Assembly: GCF_018977255.1 (NCBI RefSeq)
Contig: NW_024704742.1
Coordinates: 46,998,001 to 47,062,000 of the forward strand
Length of the DNA stretch: 64,000 nucleotides
Direction of reading: 5' to 3'
DNA from: Callorhinchus milii
Lineage: Eukaryota
How positions within the stretch are numbered: the first letter of the stretch is position 1; each line of letters opens with the position of its first letter. A program made the position numbers and the translations under genes. The notes under the pieces are model-generated. The model saw only the letters and a program-made list of their open reading frames with translations, was not told the origin of the DNA and did not search any database. Shown piece by piece: positions 54,347 to 64,000 of the stretch.

Positions 54347-56039
54347 CTGGATCTACACTCTTCTAGGGCACTGCCAGTTTGGTTCAATTGGGAACACTCG
54401 CAGAAAAGCACCTTGAGATGTGAAGTGAGTCTCCTGCAGGGAACCCCATGTACATCACATATTGACCCACCAGAAGTTGGCTGTGAGGTAACCTTGGGTT
54501 AGAACTGAGTTCTCAAGGATTGGCTTGACGAACATTAGGTTCGCTGGAGGAAGATGCACGTTACTTCTCAAGATGTTTTTTTCCAGTGAGAGAAGCCATT
54601 TACTGTTTTCCTAACAAGCACTTTATAAACACATTATCTTTTCATTCAAAGGTCAAAGCCACCCATAATTTGGTAATACAATACAAATTTACAGCATCTT
54701 CACATTGGGAGCATGTCCCAAGGTGCTTAACCATCCTGAATTGGCATCTGAACTGGGGATGGGATCTGAGGAGGTTGGGGAGGGGGAAAATAACTGAAGA
54801 AGTTGTCAAAGAGGTAGATTTTATTACAACTTGACAATCTCTCTCTGAAAGCTCAGAAAAATATCTGGAGGTCAATTTTATGTTAGAGTAGAGAGCCAAT
54901 TACCAATGCTATTTGGGACCAGTTCCAATATGCATTAGCAAACTGTGTGGATAATTGAACATTACACAACATACAAATTGGTTCAGTGCTAACTGAAACA
55001 ATTGTGCCATCAGAAGTACCGCACTATGCTAGCCCTTTTCTCATTGACTTTCTCTGCATTTATCTTTGTCTCTGACTCTAACCCTACAATGTACAAAACT
55101 GAGTACAAATATTTAACCTCAGGCCAAAGAGTCCAGTTGCATGAATTTATGTGAGGTTACTTGAGTGATTCTCGCTGCACTAATCAAATAAAAACATCCT
55201 ACTAACCTTGGGTGCATTTGCTTAAATCTCATTCAGAAATACTGCAAAATAGATGCTCTGAAGGAGATGTAGCAATGCTCTCGCACATTTTATGGTGAAC
55301 TGTGTTGTCCACCAGGAAGCTCACAAAGAGTTCCTGATACCTGCCATATACCAAGTGAGGGCTCAAACCTGCGCTTGTCGGATGTTAATTGGCCAATAAG
55401 TGACTATCCACCTTGGGGGAGGAAAGCAGAGTCTGACATGCAGAATCATCACCCTGTGGGCACACAGCTTGGTCCCACTCCCTTACCAACACTCTGGGTG
55501 GATTTATTATATCAGCCAACCCTGTAACTGAGCTGGAAATACTTGATGTTGCATTAATGGCAGAAACAAGTTCATTTTACAGATGCTGACATACATTACC
55601 CAGATGAACAAAGCGTTTGAAAGAAGTTAATAATAACCCTTTGAAGATATTTGATATTTAGAGGGAGCACTGACAATGAAACTCATCTCTTGAACATATT
55701 TGATCAAAGCTGTCGCACTAGAATATTCTCTCATTGATGCTTTGAAATGTAGAGAGCGATTCTGACTCAAGTGATCCCATGTGGTGCCTCATGCACAAAA
55801 GGCCGCTGATAATTAAATCATATCTTTCGTTTAATGTGTTGATCAGATTCAACTGAGGTGGAATTGATTGAAAGGAATGCAGAATCAGAGCAAGGAAGTC
55901 ATTGATGAGACCATCAAAGGTAGTCAGTATAGCACCCAAGGTATGGCAGCATCTCCACCGCTTCGATCAAATTGGAAGAAATATAGATAGTGATTCCTCC
56001 TTTATCCAGTTGTCCCACCAAGGAGCAGGGTCACTACCA

Positions 56040-56155
56040 GATCAAAACATCTGATAGAGGAGTGAAATTGCTTTCTAAAGAAACTTGACACATTGAAGAT
56101 CAAAACATCTGATAGAGGAGAGAAATTGCTTTCTAAAGAACCTTGACACATTGAA
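56040..56155. repeat. 58-bp tandem duplication
   Basis: Units 56040-56097 and 56098-56155 differ at 2 positions. Confidence 0.95.
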
Positions 56156-56689
56156 ACATTTCAAAATGTTTTACAAATAACCAGGAGTAACAATTGTAGT
56201 ATTTCACGCGCCACATTTTCAATCCCTCCGTTTTGTGTCAAATATAGTGACTTTTTGTTGTGGGCAAAAGCCCACAAAGTACATAGTCACATCTCTTTAC
56301 AGCATATCCTGTATCGAGACATCTCAACAAAATGCTAAAGAGCTACATCAAATGCAATGATAATTGTTATTATTAAATATAATGTTTTAAAGTTTATTCA
56401 TTTACTTTTTTTTAGTTTTGCGGGGTTTCCCCCTGACGTGAAAGGTGCTATACAAATGTAATCTTGTTGTTGTTTCCTGTACAATTTTCTCTTATGAAGG
56501 TTCTGGCTCACACTGGTTTATAGTGCCAAGGCTATTAGTTGTCCAGCATTATCTCTCCCAAGTGACTAATTTTCATTTATGAACCCAGGTATTAGAGCTG
56601 AGCCTGGCGCTGTCCTCATATAAGGTTGATATTGACGTTCCAGTAGGAATACTGTGGACAGTGATCAGGAACTACAAAATCTGATTAAT

Positions 56690-56906
56690 CACGTCTGGGA
56701 CACCACTAAGAGTACTACAGTTGTCCATAGAACAAGGGCTAGAGAGATAGAACAGAGTTCCTTCTCCTGATTGCTATCCAGAAAGCCTGACTGGAAGTAC
56801 CTTCGTGTGTATGGACATCAGAGAAAAACAGTTTGGAGCTCAGCTGTAATTCACTCTTCCCCTCCACCACCCCACCCAGTTGAATAGCCAACAAACACTC
56901 ATTGTC
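56690..56906 (+). mobile_element. Ancient AmnSINE2-like SINE fragment
   Basis: CTCCTGATTGCTATCCAG...GTGTGTATGGACATCAG...GTTGAATAGCC..AACACTCATTGTC resembles the recalled AmnSINE2 consensus. Confidence 0.55.
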
Positions 56907-57227
56907 AATAATAATAATAATAATCCTTGCATTTGATATAGCGCTTTTCACGTCGGGAGGACGTCCCAAAGCGCTTCACAGAACACACTGTAAAGTGAAT
57001 TGACTGTATATTTGTGGGCGAACGCGGCAGCCAATTGCGCACAGCAATGTCCCACAAACAGTCGTAGATTGAAAATGACCAATTTATTATTGNTTTTGGT
57101 TTTGGAGGGATTATTATTAGGCGTGTGGAGTAAGGAAACTTCCCCAAGGTTTCTCCCTGCCTGGAATTGAACTCAGGTCTCTCGCTTGCAAAGCGAGTGC
57201 TCTAACCACTGAGCTGCAGGACTCCAC
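56907..57227 (-). mobile_element. Major SINE, full length, short form, young
   Basis: tRNA head, body and (TTA)n tail with CpGs intact. Confidence 0.92.
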
Positions 57228-57614
57228 GAGATACCAAGCAAAGACACCAACCCCAGCTTGACTTTGGCTCCATTTCCCCCAGCTAGTAGCAAGTCAAAAT
57301 AACAACAGTAATAATTATAATAATCCCGCTCTCTCTAAAATAAATACTTAAATCAAGGTTTACATGTGAAGAGTGGTTCATTTTAGCTAGCTTCCAGAGA
57401 GTGAGCATCACCCCCAGAACTGTATTCCAGTAGAAAGATAAAGAAGTCAAATGCCTCAGGAAAGGGAAGAGGAAAAAAATGAGTCTGAAATGTTTTTATA
57501 TTGAAAGTTATTAATTCAATATAAAGAATCCACTATTAAGCAGTGTGGCGAAGGAGGTGGAGGTTTTTGTTTGGTATGTAAAGGGATAATCTAGTTGCTT
57601 ACTAACATAATATG

Positions 57615-58305
57615 TCAGCTTGGCTCATTTGGTAGCATTCTGGCCTTTGAGTCAGAAGATTTTGAGTTTAAAGTCCACATCGGGACTTTGAACTCACAAA
57701 TCCAAGCTGACACTCCAATGCAATTCTGGGGGAGTGCTGTAATAATAATAATCCTTGCATTTGATATAGCACCATATCACGTCCTTGAGAAGACTCAAAG
57801 AGCTCCACAGGATGTATTGTAAAGTGAAATGACTGTATTCTGTGGGCCAAACGCAGCGGCAAATTGCGCACAGCAATGCGCACAGTAATATCACACAAAC
57901 AGTCCCACAAATTTAACCATAAATTTGGTTAATAATTGATTAACCAAATAATTGTTTTTTAATTTTTTTAAAAATTCGGTGGGTTTACTATCCAGCTGTA
58001 CTGCTGGAGGTGCTGGGATTCAGATAAGACATTAAACTGGGGACTTGTCTGCCTGTTGAGGTGGAAGTTAAAGATCCCATGGCACTATTCAAAAAGTGAA
58101 TGGAATTTCTCCTGGTGTCCTGGCCAAATAAAGTTGGTCACTCACTCCATAGCTGCTTGTGGGACATTGCTGCGTGTAAATTCACTGCAGTGTTTGCCTA
58201 CAAGAAAAATACACAGTACACTTCACAGTATCATTCTTATCAAGTAAGGCACTTTCAGACGGCCCCTAAATGGCACTCTATCAAATGCAAAAAGTATTAT
58301 TATAT
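57615..58305 (+). mobile_element. Older Deu-domain tRNA-SINE interrupted by an antisense major-SINE fragment (57741-57910)
   Basis: tRNA-like head (GGCTCATTTGGTAGC) and Deu-like core AAAGATCCCATGGCACTATTC...GGTGTCCTGGCCAA. Confidence 0.8.
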
Positions 58306-61300
58306 TTCAGCTGTCTCCAAGGGGAGGCAAACATCATCCTTACCCCATGCAACATTGGTATGTTTGCTTGAAATAAGTAGTGTGGCTTTGGTGACAACAA
58401 TGTATTCTTGAATAATGTAAAAACAGCTGTTTAGCACTTCAGGTGTAATTAGCTTGTGAAAAGCTACTAAGCTTGCGTGAATGGAGCCTACAAAACAGAT
58501 GGTTGTTTTGAGATTTCACTGCATATGAATGAGGGCAGTAACTGTGGTACATTGCACATGTCACAGTACAAAAGAGATGTTTCCCCGCTCCAGTGTTTGA
58601 TCATCTGCCTCACCATTAAGCAGGGCAAGTTACAGAATAATCTGGGAAACCAATGAATAATATTTTTGTGTGAATAAAGGGTTGTTGTCCGTTAATATCA
58701 CTGAGCGCTCCAGGTTCACTTTCAGTTCAACTGAAACGGGTTACCAGAAGTTTTACACCACATTCACACCGGCAGCAGCATCAATTTCGCCCACAAAATA
58801 TACAGTCAATTTCCTTTACAGATATTCTGTGAAGTGCTTTGAGACATAAGGCACTATATCAAATGCAAGGATTATTATTATTAATTTTGTTTGAACATCT
58901 TATTCCAGAGCAGCTGAAGACAGAAACCGATGTGTATCATTATCAAACTGCTCTGTTTACTTGCAATGTCTAACTCTTTGACTGCGCTTTTGGTCATTAT
59001 TCCCCACCTTCCTCAGCTCCCACCCCCGGCTCAGGTGCCAAATCAGTGTTGATGAGCACCTTGGAACATGAAAGGCGCAAGCAATATAAATGTGCCATAT
59101 TTGTATTGTATTGCAATAGCACACAGCGATGTCCCACAAACAGCCATGGAGTGAATAACATTTTCACATTTCCATGTCTGGTATAAGTTTAATTTGATTT
59201 TGTTTCGTATTATGCACAGCTCGTGAAACAAAAAGCAAAGCAAAACAGAATATGCAATATAAATAGTCATAATAAATCATTACTAGTCCAATTAAATCTA
59301 TAAATTACCACAAGAATTCCATCAATATCCAAAGCAAACTCAGCTTCAGAAGTAGTAAACCAACAAAGAATTAAACTGTTATACAATTGCAGAATACATC
59401 TGGAATTGTTTTCATTACTTCATTCCTTTTGCTCTTGCTTTCCTGAAGAAGTTGACTTTTACTGAGGAATTTGTCCGTGGGCACTGTCAGCTTCAGTATC
59501 TCACCCAAGTGGCCTTTCTTCATGTATGAGTCAGGGCCAGTGAGTTCAAGAGCATATCTATCTGTTAGGAAAGTAATACTGCTGAGCTTGATGCTGTTCT
59601 CATCCAACGTCCACAAACTTGCACTCCATAGCAAGGATCACTAAATAGCAAATACAATAATCCTGCCTGCTGTTTCCCTTTCCTTCAGGTAGAAGCACTG
59701 TGAACAGTAACCCAATACTCACCAGCAAACAAAACCTTACTGTATATTTGCTGTTTAGAATTGCAGGAACGAGCTCACAAATAAAATTTAACTGTTTAAG
59801 AAATCATCTTGACAATTGAAGCAATTGAGATTCAGCCAGAGATTCATTCAGCAACTATTAGAGGATCAAAATACTAAACAGAGGTCAGACTGAGGTTGAA
59901 ACACAACTTCAGAATGTGTATGTGCTCTTTATTAGCTAGCTCAAGTGTTTTTCAACCTTTTAGGGTTCAGGATTCATTTGCAAACCTTGATGGCCTGTAT
60001 TTATTACCTTAAAATAAAGCTTATTACACTGAATTTATTGAAAGCGCACATTCAGCCATCCATGGGTCAGTATAAATATACTCAGATATTTAGAGAACAA
60101 ATGATAAATGAGATTGCTTCAACCAGAATAATCTAGACTGTTGCATCTTACAAACAAGAAGCATATGAAAGAGAGGGGCTTGAAGAGGTATGGGGATAAG
60201 ATGAGCAGTGAGATTAAAGTGCTAGCTTTGCTCTGAGATGGTGCATGCTTGATGAGCCAAATGGCCTCTTTCTGTGTTGTAGATTTGTGTTTCTAACAAG
60301 CTTGCAAGGGGAGTGCCTTTTTTGTAAACCGGATTGTACTCTGGCATTTATTTAATTATTAACTTGTATTTTGGAGTAAAATTTTCAAAGAACAAATCTT
60401 TTGGTTTGGCAGAGAGATTGTGGGTTAATACAGACAATACGGTTTATCGCATGTAATGAAGAATACTAATGATCCTTTTCATTATTTGTTTATAATGGCA
60501 AGTCTCAAGGTAAACATGCAATGAAAAGAAAATCACCGTTGATAGTGATCAGCATGTGGTAGACCGCAGTATTGAATCTTGAGTTCTGACTATTTAACAA
60601 GGAGCTTCAGTTTAGACTACAACAGAAGGGAAGAGTCATGTGTGGAGATAGGCAAAGCAGACAGAAATAGAAAGAGACAGAGCACGGAAGAAAGAACTGC
60701 AAATAGAAATAGATCAACAGCAGTTAAAAAAGGGTGGTGGTAAAAAATAGTAATAGTGTAATAACAAAGGAACTGTCAGAACAGACATGTCAAAGTTGTG
60801 TCAAAACAACAACTGGAGAAACAGATTGAGTGAGAAGCGTGAAGGAGGTGCGAGAGACACTTGAGAGATGCAAATTGGGAAGGATGAGTGGGAAAAATGA
60901 AGATTGAGAGCTGCCGAATGTAAGATTACAGAAGAAACACCAGAGCAGGATATTGAGATGGAGGGGTCGAACAAACCAGATGAACAATGTGCAAATTGTG
61001 AGTATTTGAAGATGTTTATTTTGCAATGAAAACAAAGGACAACAAACTGCAAAATAAGTCAGAGAGCAGAACAGTAGCCAGTGCTTTTTCACACCTCAGG
61101 GGCTTTAAGAAATAACAACAATAACTGTCTTTTAACCTTGGATCAACTGAATGGAGGGGAATAAATTTGATTGGCCTGGAAAGGCTCTACATTTTTTAGC
61201 CGTGGCTTCCAGGCCACATTTTCCAGTAAACACTCGTGTTCCCTGAGCAGGCAGTAAGGCACTTGGTTTGTCACAATTGCCCCCAACTAAATCAAGCTTT

Positions 61301-62490
61301 TAAGCATCCTCAATATGCAAAGAAGAAACCCCATGTACAAATATAGTGCACAAATACTATTCAGCAAAGCAGTTTGCCTCTTTGGCATACATATTGGAAA
61401 ATCGATCTCTGTTATTGAGCGGCAGGCCTATCGTTGAAATTCATTCAGTCGCATTTAAGCTATGAGACCAACAATTTTGAGCGATTTGTGAATGTCCACA
61501 AATCTCCTAAAATCAAAATGTTGCCTTCACCACCAGTTCTTGTTGTATATGTCAGAGTGTAAAATGCAGGTTGAGCTAATAATAATAATAATCCTTGCAA
61601 TTGATATAGCGGCTTATCACATCTTTGAGACGTCTCAAAGCACCTTACAGAATATACTGTAAAAAGAATAGACTGTATATTTTGTGGGCAATTATCATGT
61701 ACAATAGGAGAGTTCTTTGAGATATCTCAATGCTATAATATCACGAGCTTTGCAGAAATGAATTGGAGTTAACAAAATGAGTCAGTATATATCATATGGA
61801 ATAAATAATATCAGTTCTCTTATGAAGGCATATGTAGAACCCAAGAACCAAGGCAAATCTGTGCACAAATTAATAATTCATCCACAAAACATTTTATATT
61901 GTGTTCTTATATATATTTCAGTACTTGCCTTTTTAGCAAAGAGGTCAGGTTTAGGTGAGAGAAAGAATGTAGTGGAAGTACGCAGTGGGTGTGTTATAAA
62001 GAACAATTGGCAGCTGGGATCACAAGTGCTCAGAAACCTGTATTATGTTTGAGTGTCAGAAGGAACAAAATACCAGTTGTTTTTGATGGGGAGGAGGAGG
62101 ATGTCAAAACCCTAAAGAGATGAATATGCTGTGTACATTCTAAGGTAAAAGATTTAAGAAAATGTAAAAAATAAAGCACATGAATAAAACATTGTGGTTT
62201 TACTATGTAAGTCCCTGGTACATATACATGGCATCGACTGCAAGTCGTGAGTTTAAAATCACTCACAATGGTTAAGTTAATGCAGTGAGAATTCAGAGGT
62301 GATATTACCCAGACACCATTCAAAGAAGCATTCCTGAACTCTATAGACTGAATAGAGTTTCACCTGCACTCTTCTTCAAATTTGAAATTTCTAGTCATTT
62401 CACATCCAATAAACCTTGTGTTCTTCCCACATGTGTGATTTTACTAGCAGTTTACTAGCAGTCCACTGTTTTCTTCTTCTGTGGTGAGGA

Positions 62491-62845
62491 AAATAATAAT
62501 AATAATAATAATAATCCTTGCATTTGATATAGCGACTTATCACACCGTTCAGATGTTTCAAAGAATTTCACAGACTATATTGTAAAGTGAATTGACTATA
62601 TATTTTGTGAGCGAATAGCAGCAGTCAATTGAGCACAGAAGTATCCCAGAAACAGTTGCAGATTGAGAGACCAAATTTTTATTATCATTATTTTTTTCAG
62701 AGCGATTGTTACTCGGAAATGGATCCATCAATCAACTAACAACCGGGTTTCTATTTATTGCTATGTAAACAGAGGTGTGTGGAGTAAGGAAACTTACCTA
62801 AGGTTTTTGCCCTGCCAGAGAATCGAACCCAGGTCCTTTCACTTA
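62491..62845 (-). mobile_element. Major SINE, long form
   Basis: Head partly truncated; internal block present. Confidence 0.85.
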
Positions 62846-63125
62846 GAATAGAATAAAGAGAAAGGGGTGGAATATAAAGACTGGCACAGACTAGTTGGGG
62901 CGAGTGGCTGTTTCTTGCCATATCACTCTACGTGACTATGTAACAAAGGTAATTTGGTATCTTCAGGATGCAGTCAACAGAGTTACCACGAGCATGGATT
63001 GCCCAGGCAGGTGGCATTTCACTGGAGACTATTATGCAAGTCACGCAAACCATGCGTAAAATCTGCTGGACATAATGACACGAGCTCCCTGCAATGACAG
63101 CTAAAAACTCATTGTTTCCTCACAG

Positions 63126-63214
63126 ACACAGAGGCAGAAAGGAACTCGCTGAAGGAGCATGTGTACCCCAAACTACGGGAGTTCTGCAGGGAGAACTATG
63201 GCCTCGAATTCCAG
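63126..63214 (+). CDS. NWD2: NWD2 second coding exon (89 nt, phase 1 start, phase 0 end)
   Basis: Acceptor ttgtttcctcacag| and donor CAG|gtaatg. Translation (D)TEAERNSLKEHVYPKLREFCRENYGLEFQ matches the recalled human DTGAERQALRENVYPKLREFCRENYGLEFQ. Confidence 0.95.
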
Positions 63215-63961
63215 GTAATGGACCCAACATTTATTGCCCCTGATATTGATTTCATTGATTTGATGGAAAAATTCAAACTTGTAGTTTAATATTAAAAAAA
63301 TTACCCACAAAATGTTTTCCCATTCTTGTGGGATAACAGCAAAACCACAGAACGCAAGCTACCTGTAATTCAGCATCATTACACTAAAAAATTATTTGCC
63401 TTTGGAAATATATTGTTTAATTTGCACTTAATTAATTTGGGCGTCGTAGTTTCTTATTTTATTCTGCGAGTGGGAAAAGGAGCTAAAGTCACAGAGAACA
63501 GCATTCAAATAATTGGGCTGGCCTTGGGAGCCACAATTGTCCTTGTATATCCAGCCCTGCAGTTTTTTGCAACTATTCCCTGGGTGGGAGGCCAGACATT
63601 TCTAGCATATATCTGTAACCACTCATTAAGAGGTACTCAGGATTGGTGATGTTTCCTCCAATCTTATACATCTCCACTAGGAACCTCCTCCTATCAGACC
63701 AGAACATTTCATGGGTAAAAAACAGCACAGCCCGGACTTTACAGCTATTTTGAGATCATAGTTTTGAAGAGTAATAACTTCAATAGCTTGGTACTTGGGC
63801 TTTGATTCTGCGATGGAAGGACCTACGGGTGGGTATTCTCCAGGGATGAGATCAGATGAGCCGAAGAACCTTTTTAATCCGAATCAATCTTATAATCTTG
63901 TTAAGAGTTTCAATTTGATTTTTGTTTCTGTTAAGTAATGCAGGCTATAATGTTACACTCT

Positions 63962-63978
63962 CACCACTAGGGGGCATC
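63962..63978 (+). promoter_or_regulatory. CTCF-like motif
   Basis: CACCACTAGGGGGCATC closely matches the CTCF core CCACYAGRKGGCR. Confidence 0.6.
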
Positions 63979-64000
63979 ACAGCTAACCATTCTGCAGTGT

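Noticed and set aside
56606..56617. GGCGCTGTCC REST/RE1 half-site
   Set aside because: The other half of the RE1 motif is absent.
59371..59634. 87-aa minus-strand ORF containing WTLDENSI, faintly like an NWD motif
   Set aside because: No further similarity, no ATG start, an in-frame stop directly after the nearest acceptor-like AG, and the wrong position for an NWD2 exon.
1..64000. CRISPR array or prokaryotic-type system
   Set aside because: The recurring sequences are irregularly spaced SINE/LINE tails, and there are no operon-like ORFs.

Overview
Eukaryotic, AT-rich and repeat-dense vertebrate DNA. The repeat content (Deu-type tRNA-SINEs with L2-like tails, L2, CR1, Tx1) suggests a cartilaginous fish, possibly a chimaera; this is inference and was not verified. 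The only host coding sequence I recognise is the first two coding exons of NWD2. They lie on OPPOSITE strands, on either side of a 25-N gap at 28172-28196: exon 1 at 25278-25428 (-) and exon 2 at 63126-63214 (+). Their splice phases join perfectly (GAA G|AC ACA = E-D-T). A mis-oriented contig is the most likely cause; a real inversion or head-to-head paralogues are alternatives. The rest is intronic/intergenic. It includes a decayed Tx1 LINE interrupted by a 604-bp solo LTR, more than 20 copies of one tRNA-SINE family in two structural forms, older Deu- and AmnSINE2-like SINEs, and L2/CR1 fragments. There is also a family of ~80-bp palindromic MITE-like elements with 3-bp TSDs, several local inverted and tandem duplications, microsatellites, a G-rich tract and two CTCF-like motifs. 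I found no convincing new multi-gene system. Family names come from recalled consensus sequences, not database searches, and most repeat boundaries are approximate.
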